This document shows positions 25,424 through 37,639 of a stretch of 64,000 nt of DNA, piece by piece. Position 1 is the stretch's first letter, and every line of letters begins with the position of its first letter. The translations under genes and the position numbers were made by a program. The DNA is from Euprymna scolopes (taxonomy: Eukaryota). Below the pieces are notes generated by a model that ran no database searches, was not told the DNA's origin, and worked only from the letters and a program-made list of their open reading frames with translations. The stretch lies in NCBI GenBank assembly GCA_053919585.1, contig CM132786.1; one strand, given 5' to 3'.

Positions 25424-26794
25424 CCATGTTTTACAGGAAGGAAACAAAGCCATATTGGGTAAGACAATCCCACCGTTACATGGATCCGGAAATCGTCGAT
25501 TATTTCCCTTATAAAATTTTTCATTTTATGCTTCCTATTTATCTGATTTAAAAGTCTTTTTATTTAATCTTATTTGAGATGTTTTTAACACTTCACTCAT
25601 GTAGACGTTTATATGGATATTCATATTACAACTATAGAATGTAGTGTAATAAAAAATACACGAAAATGACAAGATAAAATATCGTAGAGAAGAACAAATT
25701 ATCAAATTAAATGTAGTAGTTACATTAAAAAAATGAAGCATCAATCCCGTCAGACGCTTTTAATTTAAAATTCTGGTTACAGAACGGCGGTATTAAATCC
25801 ACCCAGCATATGCAGTGGCTCTCTTTTCTCGTATTAAAACGAAAACTTGACTGAAAAATGAAGATATTAAGTATATTTAATACAGCGAGTATGGTGATGG
25901 ATTAGTTCGTTCTTATCACTTCTGGCGGTAAATATAAACAGCCAAATATTTGTGATTATACACTATACAAACATACAAGAAATATTACAACAGCAAACCT
26001 TAATTATTTTTTCTTTGCTGACATGTTCGACGAAATTCAAGTGTGTTATTGTGCTGAACAACATATCTCGCTTTACAGTAATTTAATCCTGGACGTAGTT
26101 TACTCATGTGTGGGTGGGTAAGATTTTATCTTTACAGATATTTATGTTTAATATAGTTGATGCTCACGTATAACGAGGAAATCAGCCAGTTAGACACAGC
26201 ACGTTTTATTAAAACGCTATGTAAAAGATGTAAAAGAATACTGCTATTAAGAGTGTCATCCATCATTATGCGCAGACGGGTACTTCAACCTATAAGCAAT
26301 ATAAGTTTTAGTGTTGGCTGTGAAAATAATTACCTAGTCGAATGCGTTAAGATAATGAATTCACTCAAACGCTTAATGTTCTATGCAGCATGTTAGCTTG
26401 ATGCTATGTAAGAAATATCTCTATTGAAGCTAAAATAGACAGCATCACCGTGTGAAAAATGAAGGAACGCTCGCATGCAGATTCCTGGCATATTATTGTC
26501 CCGGTAATTCCGAGTTGATACTTGCGTTGGGTTTATAAATGGCATCTAGAGACAACATCTTAGTGTAATTACATGAGCAGGTAACTCTTCTCACATGAAG
26601 TGATGTTACATACTTTCGGGGGACCTTATAAATAATGTGAACCGATGAGTTTTATTCACTCACATGTATTTAGATTGGACATGTTTAAGTTTTAATTGCG
26701 ACAGAAACGAGGGGATTATGTGACACAATGTCGGAAAAATAGATCAAAGAGCTAACTCACTAGAAGTACAGCACCACTTTGGAAATAATGGTTA

Positions 26795-26890
26795 GACCGC
26801 CCTGTTAGCTTTTCCCGGAAGCGGCGACTCCAGACATTTACAATAAACAACCCCTTTCTCAAAGTGAGATGGTAAATGATTGGCCGCCTG
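26795..26890. promoter_or_regulatory. Promoter-like motif cluster
   Basis: ACCGCCC (GC-box-like), CCGGAAG (ETS) and ATTGG (CCAAT) within 100 bp of non-repetitive DNA. Confidence 0.2.
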
Positions 26891-27805
26891 CAACTATACA
26901 GGAGCATGGATAGACTTGTCAACAGGGCAATAGGCTCTAAACTGCTGATGTAGACAGTGTACTGCTGTAGCCAACACTACTGCATTTAGTTTAATTTATC
27001 TATAAAGTTTCTAACCAACAGAGACGAGAAAAAGTGAAGTGCAGATTCCTATAGACCAGTAACTAACTATAACACGGGCGGGTAAATTGACGAGATTCTA
27101 AACTCACATGTATAGTTTGTGCACATTTAACATTAAGTAATATTAGATTGGAGGTGACGTACTCGAATGCAGCTATCGGTTGCAAATATAACATAATTAG
27201 ACAAGTACACGTTTTATTAAATGTAAGGCCTTACGTAAAGCTGATATCGTAAATAATTGGCTGAAGTAAAAAAAAAAATACAACCCACCTACTACTTATT
27301 TAAAGTAACATATAGAAGTAACAATTATCTTGTAAAACAACTCGCTTAAAAGTATGGTTTACAAAACTATTATACATAAGGGTGCCTAATTACGAACAAA
27401 TGCTTTAAGTACGAGCGTTTTCCTCACGACGCGTTGCTTAAGTTGCTTTCTATTTACAATTCGTGTAGACATCGATCATTTTAAAATTTATGGACCATGT
27501 TATAGGCCAAGAGTAGTCAGCAGACCTACGACCATTTAACGGTAGAAGCATACATATTTTTTTTATATGGAAGTCATAAGCATCTTGATGTAACGAACTA
27601 AAATACTAATTTGAAGTCTATACGTTGAAACGACAAGGGCTAGATTGAATAGGGTCTTTCCTCTTTTCGAGAAACATTGCCCATGAAATGGAAGGTCGAA
27701 AAGACAAGGGCAGTAAGAGTTCGGCAGTGTCGAAAGTAAACCTAACATCCGATTTCTACTCTCCTTACATTGATCCTTGTTTATATGCCTATATACATAT
27801 TTAGA

Positions 27806-28421
27806 TATCTCTATGATTACATAAAAACTGCGTTCCCTACAGATTCAGAAACGGCTGGTCCGATTTTATGAAATGTCACACAAAGTAGGCGGAGTTATTA
27901 AGGTTGTTGTCAGAATGCTTTCAATAAGTATTGATATTCACCAAAATATTTGATGAAAGAATAAACAGGTGATTTTGACTAAAAATATCTTATAAAGCCA
28001 AACATAACAGGTGCATTTGAGAAGTGCTATTACCAAACAAGACGAAAAACATGACATATAAGCTAAACAGTTGGGTCTTTGACAGGGGCGCATTCTAAAT
28101 TGATGTTTCTGTTTAGTGCATAATTGAATCATGATACTTGACTTGGATGTTAAACTTTAGAGTCGTTTTACGTAAACGTAATTTATAAAACCAAAAGTAA
28201 GTTGTTTACAGTGCAATGAAGACTACAATGTATTGTCGAATAAGTCATTGAGGAAAAGAACGTTAAGATTGCTCCTGGTGCACCGCTATTAATCCCAACT
28301 ACAGCAGGCAATCAATCGATTTGATTGAAAAATCAATGATTTCACAGATTTCCATGACAGTAAAAATATCGGAGTGAGACAAATTCGCTGATCATTTAAT
28401 CCTGGGTAATGTTGGGTCATG

Positions 28422-28425
<4 letters not shown>
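27806..28425 (+). mobile_element. Helitron-like element, family B
   Basis: Starts near TC..ataaaaactgcgttccctac, is inverted-homologous to 54824-55468, and ends cctgggtaatgttggg..CTAA followed by (TA)n. Confidence 0.55.
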
Positions 28426-28484
<59 letters not shown>

Positions 28485-29824
28485 TTATATTATGCCGGGA
28501 CAAAATTGTGTGGCCTTTCTGATAGTCTATATAGAACATCGACTATTATTTAAAACGTAAAATTTAGATAACGAACAGTATTAGTATTTTGTAACTTATG
28601 TAGAAAAAGCTATGTTGAGAGAATCTTATTTTAAAAACAAATGTTTCCCAAAATATTGAGAAACAACCAAATAAGGTATGTTGCCTAGTGAGTTGAGTGT
28701 TAAATACTAAACAATAAATTTCGCCAGAAAACGTGACTGAAGATCACGTGCTAAGTCTTTATGTAGTCAAGTGACGTAAGCACAACGGAATAGTTACATA
28801 CATACAATCATTGTTAGGAGTTAAGAAACGTAGCTAGAGGAAGGGCTAAACGGACGAATAATGTTTGAGAGAAGTCCTCTAATGGCTCTATACGATGGGT
28901 ACGTAGAGTCCAAGACCAAGGTGCAGTCTTCAAAAAAGGAAACATAATAATATAAAAGTTGTTTACAAATATAACCGAATACTTCTGGTCGCCTGTCAGA
29001 ATAAATGTTCATTTCAGCTTTTGGCAGATTCATCTACCGAGATCCGGACGAAGAAAGTTATGATTTCTTTATTGGCAAAGTACATAACTGTATTCCGTCC
29101 CCTTTTGTGAATATCTTGTAAGCTATGTCACACACACATCCACAAGGATATATGAAAACTAGACAACACCGAAGAAACTTCAATATATACACAACTTATA
29201 TACGCAACGCACTTTATATACAGCGCTTTATATATATATATATGTACACATTAGATTATATATCAGTTTCCAAAGTGGCAAAATAAATTCATCGAATAGA
29301 AAATATTTGCTCCATTTGATATCTTAATTCCAGACTAAAATATATAATGCTTCTGAACCTTACGTAAAAAAATCCTCATTTAACTTTTTAATACTAGAAT
29401 CCAAAAATAACTTCCATTTTGTAAAGTTTAGTTCTAAAATGTAAAAATTACTTTTAAGAAATCAAGAACTAATTAAATTTGAAAATTTATATTTCTGTAT
29501 ACAATGTGATATGGATCTAAAAATGTGTTTTTTCAAATGAAAGTGTGTGCATTCTAAAACACTTTCCAAATTATTTAAAAACTTAAATATCAGTAATATT
29601 TGTTAATTCACATAGGTATTATGAAATAAAATAAAATGAGAGATATATGAACTTTCACAACAAAGAAATGGCCATAAAAGTGACCTATGGTCCAAGTGGC
29701 CTTTGGGACAAGGTAAAAAGTATTAGGGTTTGACCAACTTCTGTTGTTGCTAAGACTGCTTTACTTAGTCGAGACTTTCTGATAAACAGACGATAAAAGA
29801 TTAACAGGTTTTTGTAGATCTAAC

Positions 29825-30421
29825 TAGGGCGAGGACAACAGCATATTGTTTTCGTTGTTTTACTATCGAGTGTGAATCTGTTGATATCTTATGTTTTTAT
29901 ATAGAGTTATGTGCTTCTCGGTTGATTAACTGTGTCGGATATATACTCGAGAGTTAAAACAATGATCAGGATATTCCGTTGTCATAGCCATACACATAAC
30001 CAACTATGACACAGACAAGTAAATTGATGATAGAAATCAACTTATTTAGTTCGTGCATTCCTTCTTGCTTTGCATCAAACTAAATTAAAATTTAAACAAG
30101 ATTACTCACATTTAGAATCTGATAACTCAGTGACTCCGTTTATAAATTTGAATTCAATGTTTTCTAAAATTGTACTAAAATACGTTTACACATTTGCATG
30201 TATATTATGAGTATCATTATTTTTTCTCTAACATTATTATAAGGGCTATGACAACAGCCTGTTATTTTCATTGTTTTAGCTCTCTAGCATATATCCGACA
30301 CAGTAAGACACAATCAATCAACCGAGAAGCACATCATTCTACATAAAAGCATATAAGATATCAACGTATACACACTCTAGAGTCAAAGCAATGAAAAGAA
30401 TATGTTGTTGTCATAGCCCTA
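29825..30421. mobile_element. Composite foldback: two inverted ~170-bp arms, each with its own TAGGGC(T)ATGACAAC-like TIRs
   Basis: 29825-29990 and 30240-30421 are reverse complements (e.g. gtgcttctcggttgatt / aatcaaccgagaagcac), separated by a ~250-bp spacer. Confidence 0.75.
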
Positions 30422-31240
30422 ATAATCAACAACTGTTTCTCAACCAAGGATTGAATGCGCATCGAATTGTCAGAAATCTCTCGGTTCCTTAACGTAAGCG
30501 ACAATTGTAATATTTTGAAAAAGAACAAACACATTTTTTATTTTTTTAAATATTTTATTTATCAGTCGACCGGTTGCGTTTGAGAGGTTTCGTTTTTAAA
30601 TAATCACGTAGAGCTACCTTACCTATTTCAAACTAAATTGAATTTATGATTTACTAGCAGTAAATTTGCTCGGGTCCTATATACTGTTCATGAGATTATG
30701 TGCATATGTATATATTAAAAAGTGTGAATATGTAAAGTAATACCTTTCTGTATAATAGTATTCCTTAATTACCATAGAGAAAATACAGGAAGACATTTTC
30801 ACTTTTACAGATATATAAATAGATAGATAGTTAAATAGATAGATAGATTGGATGCAATATATAGTAAGGATTAATGAAAGTATAAAAATAAGACTCCTAC
30901 GCTCCACCGAGAATCGAAACTAAAACGTTCAGCTCACGATTTCATTTTGCCTCTCCTGTCAATGATTGGGCTATGAAAACATGTTTACTGCAAGGCTAAA
31001 AATTAAAACATGAACCAATAACTACTACGTTATGCATTCATAATGCCGGCGTTCGACCTTCACCTGGCAAATTTCATTTTTTTTTTAATTTTCACACATT
31101 TGCACTGATTTTTCCGAGCGAAACTCCAAATACAAAGTTTTGCATGGATTCAAATACCTTATACATGAAGTTTCATGTCGATAGATCAAAATCTCTAGGA
31201 GGGGTTTGGTAGGAAAAAATGTGTTAAACAAAAATATATA

Positions 31241-32497
31241 CGAGGGGCATGCAATAAGTAATGCCCCTGACCCACTTCTCATATCAATAGAGCAACGAAA
31301 CTTGGCACACTTATTAATCTTTCTCTACATAGGAATAACCCAGAATTATGCATTTCTCACATCGTTTGATGCAGCTCTGGATACCGTTTTTGTAGAACAC
31401 CCCAGGTTGGTCCTCCAACCACGACGTGACTTCAGAAATCAAGGCTGCATCACCTGGGAAACGCTTTCCTTTCAAAAACAACTTAATTGCTGGGAACATG
31501 TGAAAGTCAGAGGGTGCAAGGTCAGAAGAGTAGGGAGGATGTGGCAGGATTTCATAACAACACGCCCGTGCTTCTGATCTGATGAGGACCGGAGCGCTGT
31601 CCTGCAGGAGGAGGATACCTTTGCTGATCTTGCCCCGCCTCTTTATTTTAATAGGTTTCTTAATTTCCTCAAAAAATGAAGCATAATAGACTCCTGTAAT
31701 TGTGGTATCCTTTGCCAGGAAATCTGGTCCCAGAAGGCTGAGCATGACCTTGCCAGCGGAGGGCTGCGCCCTTGCCTTCTTTGGAGGTGGTGAGCAATTG
31801 CTTCCACTGCATTGACTGGGCTTTGATCTCTGGATCATAGTGATGGTACCAGATTTCATCCTGTGTAATCAGTCTTTTGAAAAAACTTTGACTCATCTTG
31901 GCACATCTCCAAATTAATCCTCGAGCACTCGACGCGTTCTCGATTCTGGAATGGTGTGAGCAATCTGGGAATCAATCTGGCAGACGTCTTATGCATAGGC
32001 AAATGGTCATAAATGATAGTTTCTATATACCCTGTACTAATCTTGACATCTTTGGCTATTTGGCGAATAGTAAGGCACTGATCTCCCAAAATGGCAGCCT
32101 CAACTTGAATGACATGCCTCATCAATGGCAGAAAGGGGGGGGGGCGACCAGGTCTGATCTGTTTCCACAGACTTTCGGCCATGTTTGAATTCTCAGTGTC
32201 AGCGTTGTTCAAGGTCATATGATGGGGCATTATCACCATCAGTTTCCTTCATTTCATCAAAAGTCTCTTGTGGTGTGCTTCCTTTCAAATACAAAAACCG
32301 GATCACTGCTCGATATTCAACAGGCTCAAATTAACACCTGACTTAGTTCAAACACCTGTAAAACAGAAACCACAAGTAGTTCAGAGCTATAATATGCCAC
32401 ATAACCCGTAGAGATATAATTCATTGCACATGCCAAATTTCAGCTACACCGGACAACTGGAAGTGGGTCAGGTGAATTACTTATTGCACGCCCCTCG
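31241..32497 (-). mobile_element. Full-length mariner transposon (irritans-like), inactivated
   Basis: TIRs CGAGGGGCATGCAATAAGTAATGCCCCTGACCCACTTC / GAAGTGGGTCAGGTGAATTACTTATTGCACGCCCCTCG, TA duplication at 31239-40 and 32498-99, length 1257 bp. Confidence 0.95.
31314..32330 (-). pseudogene. Mariner DDD transposase pseudogene
   Basis: EPVEYRAVIRFLYLKG (start codon mutated), LIPRLL, ITQDEIWYHHYDPE, LLQDSAP and HPPYSSDLAPSDFHMF are split over three frames. The D2-D3 spacing is 30 rather than 34, indicating a small deletion. Confidence 0.92.
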
Positions 32498-32772
32498 TAC
32501 GTATACATAAATATATATGGAAACAATTTTGTGTTTACTATAAATTTTTTACGCAAGTAGTATGCAAGTATAAATCATGTAGAATATCTGCATGAATATA
32601 ATTACACGTAATAGTTAACTAAAGATGATTATCCCATTAGCAAAACCGATTCAACCAATAGGGAATTAATTAATGAATGTTTAAAAGAATATTAGCTAGA
32701 TCTTTTGCTCGTGAATGCAATTCCACAACCCGTACATGAGAAAATTGTATTTTCTTAAATAAATAAAGAGGG

Positions 32773-33319
32773 TTTTTAGTCGCGTGCAAGCGACTCTAAA
32801 TCACTCCGTCGGTCTCGGTCTGTCCGTAACACTTTTATGCTTAGCCTTTTTGGTTAAGATCAAATGTCTATTAATAGATGCCGTTCTTAGCTTTTTAAGC
32901 TTTTCTTAGCCGTTTGGCCAAGATCAAAGTATAGTATCTGTTCTTACTACATGATGTACTTATGTTTGTAACTTTGTGATATGAAGTGGTGGATCACTTC
33001 TCTGTATTAATTTAATATAAAATGATCACCCAATTTACAACCAGTCAATCTCAAAGCCATTCAAGTCATTCTCCATATCATTCAAGTTGTTTTTGAAGGA
33101 TTCAAGTTATTTTTTAAGCATTCAAGTCATTCTTAAGTTCATTCAATTCATCATTACGTTCAGTAAAGTCATTCTAAGTCATTTACTTTTTATTTTTTTA
33201 AGCCATTTCAGCCCATTTTTCGGTCATTTTAGTTTATCTTTAAGAATTTCATGTCAACCCTACAGTTACACATTCATTTATTACACGAGAACACGCGACT
33301 AATGGCTATCGGCCTCGTT
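32773..33319 (+). mobile_element. HINE (non-autonomous Helentron) containing U2 snRNA fragments
   Basis: TTTTTAGTCGCGTG sub-TIR with an adjacent CGACT inverted copy, a CCGTCGGTCTCGGTCTGTCCG core, internal CATTCAAGT repeats, and a 3' CACGCGACTAA + GGCTATCGGCC hairpin + TCGTT end. Confidence 0.8.
32837..32946 (+). pseudogene. Two tandem U2 snRNA 5'-end fragments
   Basis: ttagcctttttggttaagatcaaatgt (32841) and ttcttagccgtttggccaagatcaaagtatagtatctgttctta (32903) versus U2 TTCTCGGCCTTTTGGCTAAGATCAAAGTGTAGTATCTGTTCTTA. Confidence 0.8.
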
Positions 33320-34499
33320 ACTATGAATATGAATACACACAAAAGAAAAACGAATTTATAGGAGTGTAGATTGCTTGTGTCTCGTTTGTGTAAGCGTTCA
33401 AATACGTACGAGTCAATCGAAACTTTTCAAAACCTACAAATAAAAATGCATACTGATTGAAAATATGAAGATTTTTTAAATGTCCGGTAATAAAAGTTCT
33501 AAAATACACTTTCTTCCAGTCTCTTTTTCGAAAAGATAAACGCATTATTCCTGTTAACCACTGCTTTTTCTTAAATCCGCAATTATTACAAATGCATAAG
33601 ATTATTCTTATGAGAACGCAGTCTTTAACTTTAAAAGAAATTTGGAAAAATATTTTCATTCATGCATACGCGCGTTACAATTACTCATCTGCATCCTGTT
33701 CTGACAAATATCAAGTTAGAAAAGGCTGGGGTAAGTAAGAAACCAGATTTAGACTATAAAATACAAAGTAAACATCGTTGGAACGCATCGCAGGAATGGT
33801 GGACAACTATCCGCGCGATTGAATAAATAAGGACACATGGTTTTCTGTTACGCTTGTTTATCTTGTATATTCATGTGCCTTTAAGGTTCAATGAGTTTTA
33901 ACATGAAGTTTACATCGATTCTGAACGAAAGGAAAAAAATTAAACGTCAGCTGGAACGCCTAATGGAATTGTGGACAGCTGTGTACATTTAACTTCTATG
34001 AAAATGAGATGATCGATTCCACCGTACTGAGTTTGTAAAAAAACCTACCTTATTCCCATTTTTGTAGAGTAGCGCGAACATTCCTTTTTTCTAAATGTCT
34101 TCTACAACGGTCACGGATTAATTTTTATGATTAAAATGACAAAATTATTTAAGGTTTGGATGACTGAAAACATTAATAAGAGTCCCAAGTTTAATTCGTT
34201 TTGTTAGAATTGTTTAATATTTTAGAATATGAAAGTTAGATATAAACATCAAATAGAGTATTTCAAATGAACACACGGGCTTAACTTATGTGTTAATGTA
34301 TGCGCACATCGAGGTGAGTGCGGACAGATACAACGCAAACAAGTGTATATATATATACATACACACTCCTACTTGTGAGACATCGGCTTGGGGTTATTAG
34401 CTGGCTGGATGACCGCGCCCCTTGAAGTTGGTTTATTTCACAGTCGGATTTCGGCACGGTTTGATTGCTCTGTGTTGGTTAATACAAATTCTTGTGTGT

Positions 34500-34690
34500 G
34501 AGGCGTTTGCTCAGTTGGTAGAGTGCTTGCCAGCATGCAAGTGGCTCGGGTTTCGAATCCCGAGTTCGGATGTGTCTAACTGGTGAGCCCAAATGAGGGC
34601 GAAACTCTAGTCTTGGACTTCCGGTTCGTTGACTGTCATGGCTCTTGTTGGCTGCGACGTTGTTTGGCTGTGGAATGTATTATTATATAT
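34500..34690 (+). mobile_element. tRNA-Ala(AGC)-derived SINE-like element with a hammerhead body
   Basis: A-box TGCTCAGTTGG, anticodon stem CTTGC/GCAAG around AGC, T-stem CTCGGG/CCCGAG with B-box GGTTTCGAATCC, and no acceptor stem. A hammerhead follows, then a TAT-rich tail. The GC-richer 34372-34499 may belong to the element. Confidence 0.75.
34566..34623 (+). ncRNA. Type I hammerhead ribozyme (Sm-alpha-like), with a core A6G substitution
   Basis: cgga tgt gtctaa CTGGTGA gccc aaatga gggc GAAA c tcta g TC ttggac t tccg. Confidence 0.75.
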
Positions 34691-36449
34691 AAAGTAATAT
34701 TTACATTACTGACTCGGACTGATATCCATGGGGACAGTTATACCTCTCGCTTTATCTCACTTTTCCATGTATTCTTGCTGACTAATACTGAAGCGATAAA
34801 TTGCTCTTCCATGTGCAAGTCTATTTATTAATTTAAATCTGTATCCGTAGTTTTTCTAGTCTATCGGGTTCATTTATCAATGTAAAGTCTTTCCTCAGTG
34901 AAACTTTACAGTGAGGGGTGGGATTTTGCTACTAGTCACGTTGGCAAATTGTTTGCTTTGTTTTCCCTGTTTATTTATTTGAATAAGAAAAATAAACATG
35001 CATGAAAACATCGCAAATTAGTATTTACTGTTATTTATTAATCCAAATACAAAATATTTTGCTTAACATTTCACAGCTCTAGATCGTCATATTGGTGTTT
35101 AATTTAAGTACTCAATCTTAATATTAGGATCAAACAAACGTTCAGAGAAATGATATTTTCTCTAATCTGACGAAAATTCTTACAAATTTTCTTTGAATCA
35201 TTATTTAATTTTATTAATCTAATTTTTCATATTACTACATATAAATGCATGATTCAGGTTAGTAATGAAAGCAGTTAAAGTAAAACAAAACAAAAAATGC
35301 ACATAACATCTATTCCATCCAATCAAAACGTGTTTATCTAAGGGATTAAAAAAATAAACTAAATTAAGCTTTTTTAACGTACCTTGGAAAAAACTAAAAA
35401 CATTTTTTATAATTAATTTGATACATAAACTAATAGCTATATGATCTTATATCCGTAGTGGAATTAAACTAGGATTAAATTCATAATAAGCAGGATGAAT
35501 CGTAAACAATTGTCAGGAAGATGCAGGCGATTAACCTGTGCAGACGATCAGTACAACATGGGAAGCCATTTCAGTGAAATTGACGTCTGATATGTATATT
35601 CGCATATTTATATTCATTGTTATACATTTCTTATTCAAAGACTTCTATTCCTCCCTTTTATCTGCTAATGTATATCAGTATAAAGTTTTATCAGTAGAAA
35701 TCCAGTTTTAAATCGCACAAATCACTATACAACGAAAATTGTCTATTCTATATAGATATTAGATTACATTTTTAATGTTGTAGTATTGATATATTTTAAA
35801 TCTCAACGCCGATTTTAAGATTTAATACTCCTAATATCTTCGGTCTTACAACTAAAATAATCAAAATAAGAAAAAACAAAAACAGGACAAACAATGCTCA
35901 TACCGACTGCCGTTGTTGAAAAGTTAATTTTCTTACAATTTAAAAAAAAAATGTCTTACCAGTAAAATGCTACATTACATAGTGCTTTAATCTTTAAATC
36001 ACTTGAGAAACCCTGCTTGTGTAATTGATCGCGTGCGCCAGAAAGTGATTATCTGATCGAAAATATTTGTGTGGTAAATTATACCAGAATTAGTAATTAA
36101 CTGGATACGTTGTAGACAGCAATCATACAAAATTCATACGATTAGTCTTCAGGCAAGCTACCCCGGCATGTGAAAGATGATTAGGGGAAGTTTCAGTAGA
36201 CTATTTGAGAACGCGAAATTTTCGAAGGTCAAATTGAAAATGCAAAGCGATCTGAAGTCTTTTTGTAGCATAATTAATGCCGCACGATGCCTAATAATCT
36301 TGGAAGCACAGGATAAATTAGTTGTTAGAAAGTAATTCTAGTTGGAATAAATTTTTATATAAATATAAACTTAAAAGATATGTAGAGAAATAGTATAAAC
36401 GAAATGGGTTTTAAAACGATAAAAGTAGCAATTTAAAATAGGTCTGACC

Positions 36450-36740
36450 TCTAACAGTTTTACATAGTCTGACGTAAGATGATCTTAGAATGAAGCGTGG
36501 ATATAAAGTTAGTTTAATTGGGGGTTTGGAGTTGACAAGATAAGTTGTGTTTCTCCGAACGGCCAGGAGGCAGGTCGAATCCAACAGACAAGAAATGTGA
36601 TTAAGAACCTTACTTGCAGCTTCGGTAAAAAAGGGGCTACTGGAATAAAGACATGTAGATATTGTTTTATCGATGATTTCCGTTTTAGTCTTTCTCCGAA
36701 GATATTGAAGATTTTGATTACAGGAACAGTGCTCCAAAAA
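36450..36740 (-). mobile_element. Possible degraded LINE ORF2 fragment (region preceding RT)
   Basis: VAPFLPKL...TFLVCW..ASWPF...NPQLN / NFISTLHSKI weakly matches LAPILSKL...FPSCWK.A.V.P...NPSNYRPISLLS..SKI. Confidence 0.3.
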
Positions 36741-37639
36741 AAAAATGAACTAACACTGGCTGAAAAGAACTTCTCGGACAAGAAGGTAGTGCCCCCATTC
36801 AATGTATTTCAATCTGTATTTTTTGTTAATAATAACTTAACTGTTTTATACTCGCGTTGACATAATCATTGGGGATCAATACACATGTATATATAGTAAT
36901 GTATAAACACTCACACACCCAAATATATCTATTGACCTTGCAACGCTTTGTATATAAGATCTAAGATTTGGTTCCCATTAGACGATACATAAATTCGAGC
37001 ACACACAATATATATATATATACACACAACATTTTAAAATAACAAATAAAGGATGGAGTTTAGTGCTGGACAGTAGGGCATTTAGAAAGGGGTTGTTTAA
37101 TTATAAATACCTATTCGTTTCTAATGGTTTCCTTTAGACCCTTTTACTATTGCTTTCCACTGTTGCTTTAAATTATAAGCACGAATACGAACAAATAAAG
37201 CATCTTCCACGTTGGTTTGGTGATATAATGTCGCATGACCTAAATAACTTGATTGCCGCTGAAGAACTATCCTTGCTTTTAATTAAGAGAGAGCATGAAG
37301 TACACATGTCGTTAACGTGGGGGATACAGAGTGCCATTAATTATCTAACACCTGCCATAAACGGTAACATCAGCTAGTGCTTAGACACTTTGCGTGTTAT
37401 ATCTGAACTAGAGGCTCTCATCGCAGAAGTATTCCAGTAAACTTTAGGTTCAGTCTCATAAAACGAACAAGTTAAATATTTACTTACGGCTATTTTAGAA
37501 AACGTGACATTCACACGCGAAGAAAGGAAATAAAAATGCATTACTTCTACAAAGCAGTACGTACATTAGATAAATGCATATTCTTTGGTTCGACGTCATA
37601 ACTATTCAAATCCGAAGAGTGTTATATAATGGAAACTCA

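Larger units (their letters stand above)
30654..33372 (-). mobile_element. Helitron-like family C host carrying nested mariner and HINE insertions
   Basis: CTAG end at 30654. Segments 30980-31238 and 32500-32772 align colinearly with 16556-17078. Confidence 0.6.

Noticed and set aside
34501-34570. Functional tRNA-Ala gene
   Set aside because: No acceptor stem pairing, 6-nt anticodon loop, and no terminator. Treated as a SINE head.
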